A stretch of 63,650 nt of DNA, filler included, from Vannella sp. (GCA_023345925.1; 7 parts of 7 records of this genome joined end to end with filler, not necessarily neighbours in it); one strand, 5' to 3'. Shown: positions 46,912-58,956, counted from the whole stretch's first letter. Made by a program: numbers and translations. The notes: generated by a model not told the origin, from the letters alone.

Positions 46912-49393
46912 TTAACTCCGTAATGTAGACAGATATTGGCTCAGATTATTCGCGAGATCGGCAAAGCACGGGCGCGCAAGGGCATTGGGGGACCAACTGG
47001 TCTCCATCAATTCGAGGAGTTGCGCAGGACAACCAGAAATGGGCTTCGCATGGAGAAGATTAGGGAAAAGGATAACTTGGCAGTCGGCACTTACTGCAGG
47101 ACGTTTGTTGTTTCGGACAATTTCGTTCATGAACGAGACATCGGACTTGTCTTCAACGTCAAGATAGGGCCTAACGTACTTACCAAAAAGGCATCTGACC
47201 GTTACCTCCCAGATAACGATAGCAAAGCTGAAGACGTCCGATTTCTCCGAGTACAGACCAGAAGGATTGAAACATTCTGGAGCGCAGTATTCTGGCTCTT
47301 CCCAGGCACCCAAATTTGAGACAGGAGGGTGCACACTAGAATAGAACCTGGCAAAGGACAGATCTCCAATTTCGATATCCAATCCACTGGAGTCAAGCAA
47401 TCCTTGCCTGCGCTGCATCTTGAAAACTCGAGAGCTCACGTTGCGGTGCAGTAGAGCGGGAGACCAAGTGTGCAGTACTGTCATTGATTTGGCGCACTCA
47501 AATAGGAGTTGGACTGCCTGATCTAGCGAGAATTCCTTTGGGCTTTGAAGAAAATTACGGACTGACTCTCCTTGCAGTGACTCGCAAATGATGGCGTTTT
47601 GTGGTAAGAGAGAGTAAGCCAGAGCTGTAGGAAGAGCGGGGCATCGCATTGCTTTAAAGATTTCCATTTGGTTAGCAAAGTTATGTTGAGCTTCCTCGTT
47701 GCTCTTGTCGAAGATTTGAACGGACACTCGAGTTCCTCCTAAAATGCCCATGGCAACTCGCAACCCCGAAAGCGGATGACTTGAAGTTTCTAACACTAAC
47801 GAATTGACTTGATCTAGAGAAATTAAAGGGATTGAGGGCTTGGCCAAGGTCAGATCCATCGCTTCGAATGATTGGACATTTTTCGAATCTGCTTTTCCAG
47901 TCACCTGGTTCTTCGCTTCTTCTGTGTTGAGATGATCAATCACCATCCTAAGGTATGCTATTACTTGGACCATCGTGGGTCGGTCAGCTGCATTGGCAGA
48001 CCAACATCGTTTCATCAAATTCACAATAGGAATGGGCCATTCAGGATCAATTTCGGGGCGTAAGTTCTGATTGACTACACGTAGGATGATTTGAGACTGG
48101 TTCAGGCCTTTGTAAGGAGTCTTTTGCGCACAGAGCTCTGTTGAAAAGATCAGTCATCAAAAAAGAGGTGGTAACCTGATCTCATACCCCAGAGAACGAT
48201 TCCAAAGCTGTAAACGTCAACTTTGATGGAATAAGGGTTTCCTGAGAGCAGTTCTGGAGCTGTCCAAGGCACAGTGCCACAGAAAGTTTGTGTGGTTTTG
48301 GATTCCAGATGTCGGGCGAGGCCGAAGTCACTAACCTTGACATTGTTGTCCCTCCCAACCAGGAAATTCATCGTCTTGAGATCGCGATGGATGATTGGTG
48401 GTTGCTGGCCGTGCAGAAAGCGAACGCCTTCTGCTGCGTTGATGGCAAAGTGGAGGATCGTTCTGTAGTCAAGCTTCTTCCCATAAACGACATCTTCCAT
48501 GATGTGACAGTCAATGAAGCTGCTTCTTCGCTTGGAGGAGAGATCACCGTACCATCCAGGGCTCCTTTGGACATGAATTCAGTGACAATGGCGTTGTCGC
48601 CCCCAATGGAAGCGAACCCCCAAAACTGAACGACGTTGGGGTGTCTCAGTGAGCTGCTGAAAGGTGAGAAGGGCGCTTGAATGAGCAAAGGTGTCATGCC
48701 TGAGGATTTTGGCTTCTGCACGGAACTCCTTGGCTGCATCATTGCTTAAGAGAGCGCGGAAGATCTTCTTCACTGCTACTGTTGTACCGTTCCACTCTGC
48801 CTGCCACACCTCCCCGCAACTGCCCTTTCCAATCACTTTGATCATCTTCAACTCGCTCTCTGGGATGCTGTTCTTCGGATGGATGAAAGAGCTTTCTGTA
48901 CGGACTAGAGCTAGAGATAGGAGGCTTCAGAAGGGGACAGGAGAGTGGGAAGGGACCAACCTTTTCGCGCTCGTTTGGGTGGTGGAGGTGTTGCATTGCC
49001 GTCACTCTCGAAGGAGGGTGTCTGAGCCAATCTGCGCTTGGAAGGTGATGCAAGAGGAATGGTGGGGGTGTCAACAGTGTCGCCAGAGTCGATAGTGACA
49101 AGAAGGGAGAACTTATTGACGAGAAGGGAAACTTTGTCCCCATCAGCAAGCCTCTGCGAGGCTCCTGACCGCACACAGATCGGTTCTTTCTTTCCCTTCT
49201 TCCAGACATAGATAGGATTGGTAGCGGAGACGCACTTGGCGGTCACACTCTGCGCAGAGCGCGAAAGGACAATCCTCAAATGCTCCCGGCTCACGTGGTT
49301 GTCATTGATCCCGTGCATCCCTCTCCCCAATACCAGCGGAACCTCATCCTCCAACGCCATCGCTCCATTAGGGAAGTGGACGTGCGCCTGCAT
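46912..49393 (-). CDS. FHA domain + TKL kinase + C-terminal pseudokinase (multi-exon)
   Basis: LVLGRG..GIND.HVSREH...NP (PNKP/aprataxin-type FHA) splices in phase (AAA G|gt...cag|AA) to IGKGSCGEV, VAVK, HRDLKTMN, DFG, WTAPE. The second domain has HRN and DLS instead of HRD and DFG. Confidence 0.75.
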
Positions 49394-49509
49394 CGAAGGA
49401 GAACAAAGAAATGTAGTAACTTGAGTACTTTCTTCGCTCTGCCGCCCTCCCTCTCGCTGGAAGCCTTCCTTGCAAGTGCCTTTTAATCGCTTGAGCTCAA
49501 TCGTAACGC

Positions 49510-50295
49510 TCACTGCTGCTCAGAAGGAGTGGTTTGAGCCAACTCGTCTCTGACCCTCATGAGGACGCGTCCGAGGTGATTGTGGCCGGATCCGTCGCCG
49601 CCGTCGCCCCAATGGGAGTCGTTTGCAGTGTGTTCAATCAGAAGCCGGTTACCAGTACTGAGGAGGAGGGCTTGGAGGGCGGGAACTTGAGAGAACTTGC
49701 AAAACACAGCTTTGTACATCACCCGCATGCTCACGTCGAACCAGTCGGCTCTCACATGCTTTTGGTTGGTTCTGGCAAAGTTCCAAGCTTCTCGTGGCGT
49801 CCTCAGTTGACGTACGGCATCAAAGAGGCTGCTTTCAGGGAACTTGCACGCTTGGAAGTACGCCTCCGTCGTCCTCCATCTCTTCCCGTCGATGATGATG
49901 CCTTCTCGAGGCTCGTAGAAGTTGGTGAACTCGTAGAAGGGCTTGTCACGCTCGTAGAACTCCACCGCGGGCAGGGAGTAGGGCGAGGGGGGCTGGGGAG
50001 ATCCCTCAGGGGTTCCTTCGGGCTGTGCAGGGGAATGGTCTGGGGTATCGTGATCTGTGAGAGTCGGTGTGGGTGGAGGAGAGGGGTACGGTGACTGCGA
50101 TTGGGTCTGCGATGGGGATGGAGGAGGGGATAGCGATTGCGGGGGCAGGGGAGAGAGAGTGAATGATTGGGAGAACTGCTGCCCGCATGTTGGTCCACAG
50201 AAGGACTGGGCAGCATAGCAGGGCCTATCACAACCATCCAGTCGGCAAAGCGGGTGGGTTTGCGCTTCGAAAGAGTCTCCCGAAAGGATCTGCAT
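49510..50295 (-). CDS. NADAR (YbiA-like) domain protein with an N-terminal Cys motif and Pro-rich linker
   Basis: FY....PFYEFTNFY, W.TTEAYFQACKF, KF.Q...L...LLSTG...LIEHT.ND..WG.G.DG.G.N.LGRVLMRVR. Confidence 0.92.
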   Translation of the reverse strand: MQILSGDSFEAQTHPLCRLDGCDRPCYAAQSFCGPTCGQQFSQSFTLSPLPPQSLSPPPSPSQTQSQSPYPSPPPTPTLTDHDTPDHSPAQPEGTPEGSPQPPSPYSLPAVEFYERDKPFYEFTNFYEPREGIIIDGKRWRTTEAYFQACKFPESSLFDAVRQLRTPREAWNFARTNQKHVRADWFDVSMRVMYKAVFCKFSQVPALQALLLSTGNRLLIEHTANDSHWGDGGDGSGHNHLGRVLMRVRDELAQTTPSEQQ

Positions 50296-50473
50296 TTGTT
50301 CGCGCTCCAGTCAGCCCGGTAAGCTAAAGAATGGTCAGCAGGAAGGATGGAAGAGCTTTGGAAGGGACGAGAACTCACTTCCCCCCCCAAGGGAACTGTC
50401 CGTTAAATGAAGGGCTCTCTGATTGGCCTTTTGGAGCTGCAGAGGGAGAAAGGAAGGCAGTTTAGTGAAACCT

Positions 50474-52854
50474 TCACTTGGAACGAATGTACTTGGAGAT
50501 AGCGAGGTCGCCGTCCCGCTGGTCAATTTGGAGACCTTTCTTGTTGGCCAAATCGAGCAAACAAATGAAACAGAGCGGAACTGAAAGGTCTTCCATTTGG
50601 GAAGGAGGAACAGATTGAGGCAGAGTCGTTAACATGTCCGAAAACGCTCGAGGTTTGAGCGGGACATCATCCAGGATGACGCGCGGAGCATTAGCGGGGC
50701 GATTCTCTGGGTCATCTGAAGGACCTTCGACGCACAGTTCATTCCAGATTGAGTTTTTCAGTTTCTCAATGTCCACTCGCTTGGCGCGGCGTGCGTACGA
50801 GATTTTGATATTTTGAACGAGTTCCGGTGCATCAACCAGACTATTTGCAAGTTGTGAAGAGTACTGAGAGCTGGCATCAAGTGATGGATCGATCACATCT
50901 TGTGAAGCCACCTCTGCATCCCAATCTCCAAAGCCACCGCCGTCGTCAGGATCGTCGTCATCTCCAAAAGTGAGATTGAAGGGTCCATTTTCGGCCGCTG
51001 GGGTGTCGGTGTGGCTTTCAAAGGTCAACGGTTCAAGATTACGTGTTGTTTGCTGGGTAGTAGGGTCACCATCCAATCTGAACTAGACACAGTGTTAAAC
51101 AAGCAGGATCCAGAGAGAATGTGCGGAGATCTTACCAGAATAGTCTGCGCTGGCTTTGAGAAAAGGCGAGTGAAGCGCTGGAAGTCATAGTGGACGTCTA
51201 CGAATGGCAATGTTGTGGGCTTGGTGGAATTGAGAAGAGATTCCTTGGAAATAGTCCCTCCTCGCTTGGAGGGAGCGAAGAGAGCCTCATAATCTGTCTC
51301 ATCCTCCCCGAAAAAGTCGATGAAGAAGTCTCTTTTGGAAGATTTCCTCTTCTTTGTGACAGCTTCACCCTCTGCAGGCGCATCACTTCCGACAAGCTCT
51401 TTGAGTGCTGGAAACAGAGCAGACAGTGAGTAAGTGGAACCTGATTGTCGAGAACTTACGTTGGTTCTTGGTTGGTTTAAACTTCCAGTGGTCAGGACCG
51501 GCCCACATCAGAGTGTTGCTGAAGTAGTTGTAGTCATTTTCAGAAGAAACCAGTTTCTTGATGGCATCGACAGAAGGGATTGCGTGCGCATCGTTGAACA
51601 TCTGAGAGATAACGTCATCAGACTCTAAGGGAGCTGTTTCAAACGCTCCATCAGGTGGGAAAGTTGCGTCCTCTCCATAATCGTCGTCAAAGCTATCCAA
51701 ATGCATCTCAGACACTTGAGTACTCAAAGAATCTTCTGGTAACGCAGATCCAGTGGACGACTGATCATTAAATAGGGATCCCTGGGAACTTTCTGCGTCT
51801 CTTTGAGAGAGATACTCAAACGAAGAAGCGTATTCATCAAAGGAATCCGGCTCCTCGTCCTCGCCCAACTCACATTCCGGCAAGGATTGGCTGGCTTCCG
51901 ATTCATCATCTCCAGTGACGAAGGAGAATTCTTGGAAGAAAGGGCAGACGTAGTGGGTCGTCCAAGGACCTGTCACTAGTCTTGCCAAGGTGGCAGCCTC
52001 GTAAGACTCCTCCGTATGGACAATGTCTTGCGGCCGATACTCAGTCGAATCGAAGACCACGTTTCCACCCCAACTGACTCCCAGCTGGCTTAGGAGAAGG
52101 CCTCGGGCTCCTCCCTCGTCGAAAGCAGCGGCAGTCTTGTGGAATAAAGGGTCCACGGCAAACTCCAAGTCCAATCTCTTCGCATTGAGATTCGCGAGAG
52201 TGTCCAGTGTTTGAGTTAGCGTAGCGTTCTTCTTCTTTCGAGTATGAGGCCCTCCTTCAGCCTCCGCACCTTCTCTTGCAGCACCTTCCTCTTCATTCTC
52301 GGTCGATTTGGACTCTTTCGTGGTCCGGTTGAGTCCGCTGAGGACGCGGTACGTTTCATTATGGACGCTATCTACTCTGTATCCATAGATCTTGGCAGAA
52401 GTGTCCAAAGTATTGCTGGCCATCTGAAAGTTGTAAAGTTTGGTGCTCTCTTGCGAGTCTTTGCTCGAACGGCTTCCCCTTTCTTTGGCATCACCTGCAA
52501 GAAGGATTTTGTCCATAACGTCCACTAGCTTGGCCTTCCAGGCGTTCTGTTGGTTGATTTTCTGTGCGAAGAAGGTCAGAAGCGGGCGAATGGAAGGATG
52601 GGAGATGCGCTCACGTTCTTGGTCCCCATTTGAATACAATCTGTGTATATTTGACTCAGCTGTAGATCAGAGTTGACTGAAGAATCGCGCCCAGACACAG
52701 AGCGGCGCATCGAACTTCTCCGAATGATTCTTCGAGGCGCTTCCTCCTCTGGAACCTCCACTCCTTCCTCCCGATCACCTTCATCTGCTTCTTCCAATGC
52801 GCATTGCGCGATAGAACTCAGCCTTCTCTTCTTCGCAGGAGCTCCCCGTGGCAT
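50474..52854 (-). CDS. NCAPH: Condensin I kleisin subunit H (Barren/Brn1/Cnd2; multi-exon)
   Basis: KINQQNAW, NFQMASNTLD.SAKIYGYRVDSVH, VDPLFHKTAAAFDEGGARGLLL, WAGPDHWK, YARRAKRVD..KLK, CFICLL.LAN. Confidence 0.95.
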
Positions 52855-52989
52855 CTGAGACGGGAAGATTAAGAAATGGCGGGAAATTTNNNNNNNNNNN
52901 NNNNNNNNNNNNNNNNNNNNNNNNNNNNNNNNNTTAATTAATTAANNNNNNNNNNNNNNNNNNNNNNNNNNNNNNNNNNNNNNNNNNNN

Positions 52990-53076
52990 ACATTAGCTCA
53001 ACTGTTCCAGCAAGCGGGTCTTCCCTTCGACTTTCAACTCGCAAGCGCTCCCCTTCGCCGGGATGAGTTTTGGGAG
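52990..53076 (+). repeat. 87-nt exact direct repeat, also at 58724-58810 (both ends of the contig)
   Basis: ACATTAGCTCAACTGTTCC...GATGAGTTTTGGGAG is identical at the contig start and end. Confidence 0.95.
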
Positions 53077-54189
53077 CAGTCCCCTTCGGATGTAGACCTT
53101 TCACAGTTCTTTCGTCAATACGGGGACCTTTCACGGCAGAGGTCCGAGCAGAGAAAGGAGGTAGAGAAGGAAATTAACCTCATTCGCACGGCTTTCCGCT
53201 TCCGAAGGACTCTGACAGTTGACAGTCACCTCCCTCATATCGTTTTTACTCAGGACAATGCTATTGAAGTGCCTTTAGTCCATACTTCCAGAGGAGGTGA
53301 CTTTGTGGAGAAGTTAATAACTCCATTCAGTGCTGCTTCAGATGTATACAGTGATAGCTTCATTAAGACACAATTAGAGATGCTCCAGCAGCTTGTTAAG
53401 GTTGTAGATGATGCTCCTGATGGCCTCCAGCATTGCTCAGTTTGTTTCTCTGACCAGGGAGGCGCTGACGTTCCGTTTCACGTTGATACCAAGGGCCGCA
53501 TTCATTTGCACTACTTGGCATCACCTGAAGAATGGTTGACAGTGCTTCGCTCCGTGGAATATGACCAAGTTCACGAGCTCAAATCTCAGCAGCAAGAAGT
53601 TCGTGGCGCGGAGAGTCAATTGGCTTATAGACTGGGTCTGGACTATATTTCTGCGTCTTCTTTTGAAAGCTCAAGCTCCCAAACTTATCAATCCTTCTTG
53701 CAGCGATTGATTGAAGCGAGTAACAAGGACGACCTGACACAATCTGATTTACATTCGGGACTCTACAAGCACATGGGCCTGGTGGTCGTCCCGGAATCTG
53801 ATGAGGGACTGAAAGAAAAGCATTTTACAGGGGACAGTAATGGCCTCATTGTACCTTCTGACTGCTCTGTTGATCGCCTGAAGCAATTTATCAATGGCCA
53901 CGCTCGGGCAATGCGAACCACATTGGAGGGCAACGCCAAATTAGATACTCAGGAAACGCAAGTGGTGCACCAACTCAAGCGGAGATTGCGCTTGAAAGGA
54001 GTGCGGCGGGACAGAATGGTTTCTCGCCGGCAGATGTTCCACTTTTGCATTAATCTTCGCTCATTTAAAGAGGTGTCGTTGACAGACGGAATTGCACTCG
54101 TTGCCGCCGATGGACTTCTTCGTGTCATGGATGACGGCACATTTGTGGTCCCCTGGGACTTTGCTCCGAAAGTAACTTATTCCCAATGA
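52990..54189 (+). CDS. TCAIM-like (DUF4461) protein, 5' partial; frame open from the contig start
   Basis: The frame runs without stops from 52990 into the 306-aa ORF. C-terminal LRL..V.RD..VS..QM..FC..L...V.DDG...VPWDF resembles TCAIM as I recall it. Confidence 0.6.
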   Translation, partial: TLAQLFQQAGLPFDFQLASAPLRRDEFWEQSPSDVDLSQFFRQYGDLSRQRSEQRKEVEKEINLIRTAFRFRRTLTVDSHLPHIVFTQDNAIEVPLVHTSRGGDFVEKLITPFSAASDVYSDSFIKTQLEMLQQLVKVVDDAPDGLQHCSVCFSDQGGADVPFHVDTKGRIHLHYLASPEEWLTVLRSVEYDQVHELKSQQQEVRGAESQLAYRLGLDYISASSFESSSSQTYQSFLQRLIEASNKDDLTQSDLHSGLYKHMGLVVVPESDEGLKEKHFTGDSNGLIVPSDCSVDRLKQFINGHARAMRTTLEGNAKLDTQETQVVHQLKRRLRLKGVRRDRMVSRRQMFHFCINLRSFKEVSLTDGIALVAADGLLRVMDDGTFVVPWDFAPKVTYSQ

Positions 54190-54500
54190 ACTGACCAATG
54201 AGGGTGTCCCCTCTTTATTAGTCATTCCGGGGAATGGTAGGTAAAAAGTGTAGTACATCCTTCGCTATCTAGAAGAGAGATGAGGAAGATATGCGTGAGC
54301 TCATGAACCAAGTACAAAATCAATCAAAACCCGCTCCCGAACCCAAAATTCATTTAAGACAGCCATTTTCCGTTCCACGACCCGTGGCCACCCTTTTTGC
54401 ATGTTGATACAAGTTGACTTCTTTTACCCCAGTTCTAAGCTGAGAGATAATCGCCATTTGCAGTGATGCCAGTCTAATTCGAAGCACTTTTCACAGGAGG

Positions 54501-57500
54501 CTAGCGTGATTCAATTTTATGGGCTCTACCAAAAGAGCCGCTTTGGCTCTCCAGCATCATTGACTTTTGGATGATGTAATTTCTTCGGTGTCTTTTGATC
54601 CGAATCCGGATTTCGATAAGGATTCCAGCCAAGAAAACAATGCAGATGGCCCCGCCTACCATCCCAGCGGATATGGGGGTGAAGACTGCGCCAGGTCTGG
54701 TGGTCGAGCAAGAGTCTTGGCTTCCACCTCCGCTGAAAAGGAGAGCAAAATTGGTGAAGTGATCCGTTTGGCCGCAGAGCTGTCCATTCTTCCTTTTCAA
54801 ACAAAAGTCTTGGCACTGCCAATTTCTCTTGTTGTTCAAAAAACCAAGGCATTGATTCTTGCGTTTCTCATCAGATCGTCAAGATATTAGAGAAATGTCT
54901 CTTACCTTGGCTTGAGTGCTGTTAATACAGATCTCTACGATCCCTTCGAGAGGAATCTCTGTTCCGTTTTCGTTTTGTAGGGTGACTGAGATGATGACAG
55001 AGGCGATGAGCTGGGGCGGGGAAGGAATATTCCCTGCTAGAATGAGCTTCTTCTCTACACAATATAGACAATATATCACTTACCAGGAGGAACGAGTTCC
55101 ACTTGAAGGGTAGTTCCCTTCGGGAGAATTTGAGCTGTCTCACTGGAAACTTGCACTGAGCCAATAGTGAGCCCTCCAGAGAGGATAACCAAAGTATCAT
55201 CTCCGATTACATTAATTGGAAGCGATTGAGCTTCGCACGAACAAGTTTCACTTGGTCTCGGGAAAATCTCATTATTGGACGAGCTGAGAGACTCTGAAGG
55301 TGTGGAACTTTGAGCCGGCCCCTCCTCAGACTCAGGGAGGAGAGGTCTGACAGATGAGGAGGCTTCGTTAGAAGTAGAAGGACTTTCAGTTGTTACAGCA
55401 GCAGAAGTTGGAGCAGAGCTTGCAGAATTTGAGGCAGTCCTACTCTGGGAGCTGGCTCCAATTTCTGAATTCCCAAAAGTTGTTGAGCTGGAGGATGCTA
55501 TTTGAGTTGGTGAAGTCACAGAGGTAGTTTGGATAGCTGAAGAGGTGTTTGAGCTAGTTTCTGAAGAACTAGGTGAGTTTGAACTAGAAGGAATTACCGT
55601 TTCAGTAGGAAGAATGCTTGTCTGAGAATCGGTCCTGGTTTTCGATAAACTTTCTGTGACAATGGCTGAGTTACTCCCACTGAGTGAGATAGTGACTGGC
55701 GAGCTGTTTGAAGAAATAGAGCTGGTAATTGATGAGCTTTGAGTCTCTGTCGTTGAGGAAGTTTGTGAAGAAGACGGGGAGGCCGAAATGGAGGATAATT
55801 CTGTTTCCGATACCAAAGGGCTACTAGTCTGAGTAGTAGTAGTAGGGGTTGTCGAAGGACTTGCTGTTTCGGTGGCTAAACTACTTAAAGTCTCTGAGCT
55901 ACTGGAAGATGGCGATACTGATTGGGTGAAAGAAGAACTTGTTGAACTAGTGATGGAAGGGCGTGTGGTCTCTGTGGTCGATATCATCGAGGGCGTCCCC
56001 GATTGGCTACTTGAGGAAGAGGAAGTGCTCGTCACAGATAGAGTTTCTGAAAGGGACGTTGTAGTCGAGTAACTGGGAGGCAGGGAGGGGCTGCTTGTCA
56101 CTGTTGTCGTCTCAGAAGCTGTCATCGAAAAAGAATGCGTTATTGATGGAGAGATGGACGAGGAGGGGCTGAAGGTGGCAGAGCTTGAAATGGTCGGGGA
56201 ACCGGAAGGTGTCGCTGTCACTGAGAAATCAGGCGTCACAGATAGAGTTTCTGAAAGGGACGTTGTGGTCGAGTAACCGGGAGGCGGAGAGGGGCTGCTA
56301 GTTGCTATTGTCGTCTCAGAAGTTGTCATCGAATAAGAATGCGTTATTGATGGAGACATGGACGTTGTGGTCGAGTAACTGGGAAGCAGGGAGTGGCTTC
56401 CAGTTGCTGTTGTCGTCTCAGAAGTTGTCATCAAAAAAGAATGCGTTATTGATGGAGACATGGACGTTGTGGTCGAGTAACTGGGAGGTAGAGAGGGGCT
56501 GCTAGTCGCTGTTGTCGTCTCAGAAGTTGTCATCGAAAAAGAATGCGTTATTGATGGAGACATGGAAGAGGAGGAGCTGAAGGTGGCAGAGCTTGAAATG
56601 GTCGGGGAACCGGAAGGTGTTGCTGTCACTGAAAGGCTCGATGTTTCTGAGACCGAGGGTGAGTTAGAGTATGTTGTTGTTGCTGAAAGAGACGGAGATA
56701 GAGTCAGCGTTTGAGTCATAGTTGAAGTTTGGCAGCTGAATAAACGAGAAGAGAGAGTCTCGGATTGAGCTTCGGGTTCGTCGTGGAATCCTGGTTGAGG
56801 TGCTGTAAAACTAACAAGCGACAAGCTTTTGCCAGGAAGGAATTGAGCAAAAACAGAGAGATTTTGGGCGGCTCGGACCACACCACCCCCACCGCCTCCA
56901 CCTTCCCCTCCCTCGGAAGCAAAATCTGGAGATCGGGATTGATACGATCCATTCGCTCCATTTGCGATGGCCATCCAATTGGAGAATCCGGAGGGACAAC
57001 CAGAAATCAGAACTACTGTCCCTCCAGCGCCACCTGTAAGCTGGTTTGTTAGATGGCGGAATATGTCTGTGATCAAAAAGATTCGTACCTCCACCACCTC
57101 CGCATGCCTCCTCATTCGTGGTAATACCAACCGCATTAGCTACCGGAGGAGACCCAGATGCTGAAACCTTTCGGGGGATGGAAGAGTACGAGCAGTTGAA
57201 AGCGTGGACAAAAACAATACCTCCTCCTGCTCCTCCTTTCGATCTTGGTTCAGCTGAGGAGGCACATTGACCAGCCCCGCCTCCTCCACCTTTCTACAGA
57301 GTTAGTATCATTTCTTGGCTCTAGGGAACCAACGCACCCAAGAAAAGTAAATCGCTCCTGTTACTCGGCATTCTATAGCCTCCGAAAATGAGAGCAGCGC
57401 CTTCGTAATAGTATTCGAACGAATAATAACCTCCAGAACCTCCTTCTCCACCGTCGCCACCGTTTCCACCTCCTCCTCCTCCACCAATGGTGGAGTGACC

Positions 57501-58259
57501 GCCTCCTCCAGCATTTCCAGGAGCTCCTCTTCCGCAGTCCTTCTGGTTGGGGTACGTCCCTATTTGGGGAGGATATTGTGGAGAGCCAAGAAAGCCTTCT
57601 CCTTTGAAGGCGTGACCGTCGGTTGGAGAATACTGCGTTGCAAAGGAGAGATCACCATCGGATGTAACCTCTGTAGCATTGGCACTTCCTCCTCTAAACC
57701 CAGTGCCATCCATTGAGATATCCACGTTGAAGTGGATGTCCCTTCCAATGATGGGGAGCACTCCTCCAACTTCCCCATTCCATGGTATAGAAGGATATCC
57801 TATCACAGTCATGTTGTCACACATCAGGAAAGCAATCACCTGGAATCGAGCCGAGCCAACGGAAGAGAAGTTGCGAGAGAGTGGAAGGGCAAGCTCCAGA
57901 GTCGTTTGCATTCCGTTTCCTGAAGCACTGGAGACGAAACTGAATTCATACTCACCAGCTCTTCCAAGAGAGATGTATCCGTTGGATCCAGAGGTGAAAG
58001 GACCACCACCTGCTCCAAAGGAGCTGTCGTTGGAATCATACGTTCCGTCTTGCATCTGGATGATCATCACTGACGAGTGGTTGCCCGGAAGAGTGAACAC
58101 GCCCTCTACGACAGCTTGGCTTCCTGAGGCAGAGATGCCGCTGAAATAGTTCGCACCACCAACATCAAACATGCATTGACTCTGTAGAGGGGGACAGCCA
58201 AGGGCGATCACTCTGAGGATCAGATCCAATAGAACCAACCAACACAGCATGTTTCTCAT
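54501..58259 (-). CDS. Single-pass cell-surface protein: Gly-rich ectodomain, mucin-like S/T stalk, GPS/GAIN-like motif (multi-exon)
   Basis: Signal peptide; GRGAPGNAGGGG...GGGGGGNGGDGGEGG; long S/T stalk; CLGF....W.CQD.....LCGQTDHFTNFALL; TM segment followed by RIRIKRHRR. Confidence 0.75.
56030..56632 (-). repeat. Coding tandem repeats (~102-nt units SMSPSITHSFSMTTSETTTATSSPSLPPSYSTTT, plus a duplicated SVTATPSGSPTISSSATFS block)
   Basis: GAATGCGTTATTGATGGAGA recurs four times; GGTGGCAGAGCTTGAAATGGTCGGGGAACCGGAAGGTG occurs twice. Confidence 0.92.
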
Positions 58260-58542
58260 GCACTGCCACCGAGGATATGGCGCGACTTCCATTGAACTTA
58301 CTGCATGGTTCGAATCGATTACCTGAAAAAGCCTAATTGGGTAGTCATATCGGGGTTCAAACCCTCAAAAGGAGTGGCTCAGTCGCGCAGTAAGCTTTTT
58401 CCCGGATACGTAAAATGAAGCTCTTTTGTTGTACCATCACTTTATTCTCACTGTGACGTTCACAACCATTATTGACTTTATTTATCACGAGCCCCTTCTC
58501 TCCAAATCAGCTCATGAGGTCTGATCAATGCCCCCCTTGCTC

Positions 58543-58810
58543 ATGATACGCCTGTGGATGTTGCCCTACAGGCTGTTGCACATGAAACATCTCTCCTCAC
58601 TTTCCACCTTCTCCCTTCCTCCCAGCCCGTCGAAGGCTCTTCGCCAACCCATCTTCCCTCACCAGTCGCGCAAATGAGGGCTCAACAGGCATTTACCACC
58701 ATCTACAGGATCAGCTGAAGCACACATTAGCTCAACTGTTCCAGCAAGCGGGTCTTCCCTTCGACTTTCAACTCGCAAGCGCTCCCCTTCGCCGGGATGA
58801 GTTTTGGGAG
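58543..58810 (+). pseudogene. Frameshifted 5' part of a TCAIM-like gene copy
   Basis: The ATG 58543 frame (presequence-like, ...KALRQ) stops at 58677. The +1 frame continues into the 87-nt repeat that begins the ORF at 52990. Confidence 0.5.
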
Positions 58811-58956
58811 NNNNNNNNNNNNNNNNNNNNNNNNNNNNNNNNNNNNNNNNNNNNTTAATTAATTAANNNNNNNNNNNNNNNNNNNNNNNNNNNNNNNNNN
58901 NNNNNNNNNNAATCTCGCATCTTAATCTCATCCAGTCGAGGCAATTAATCTGATCC

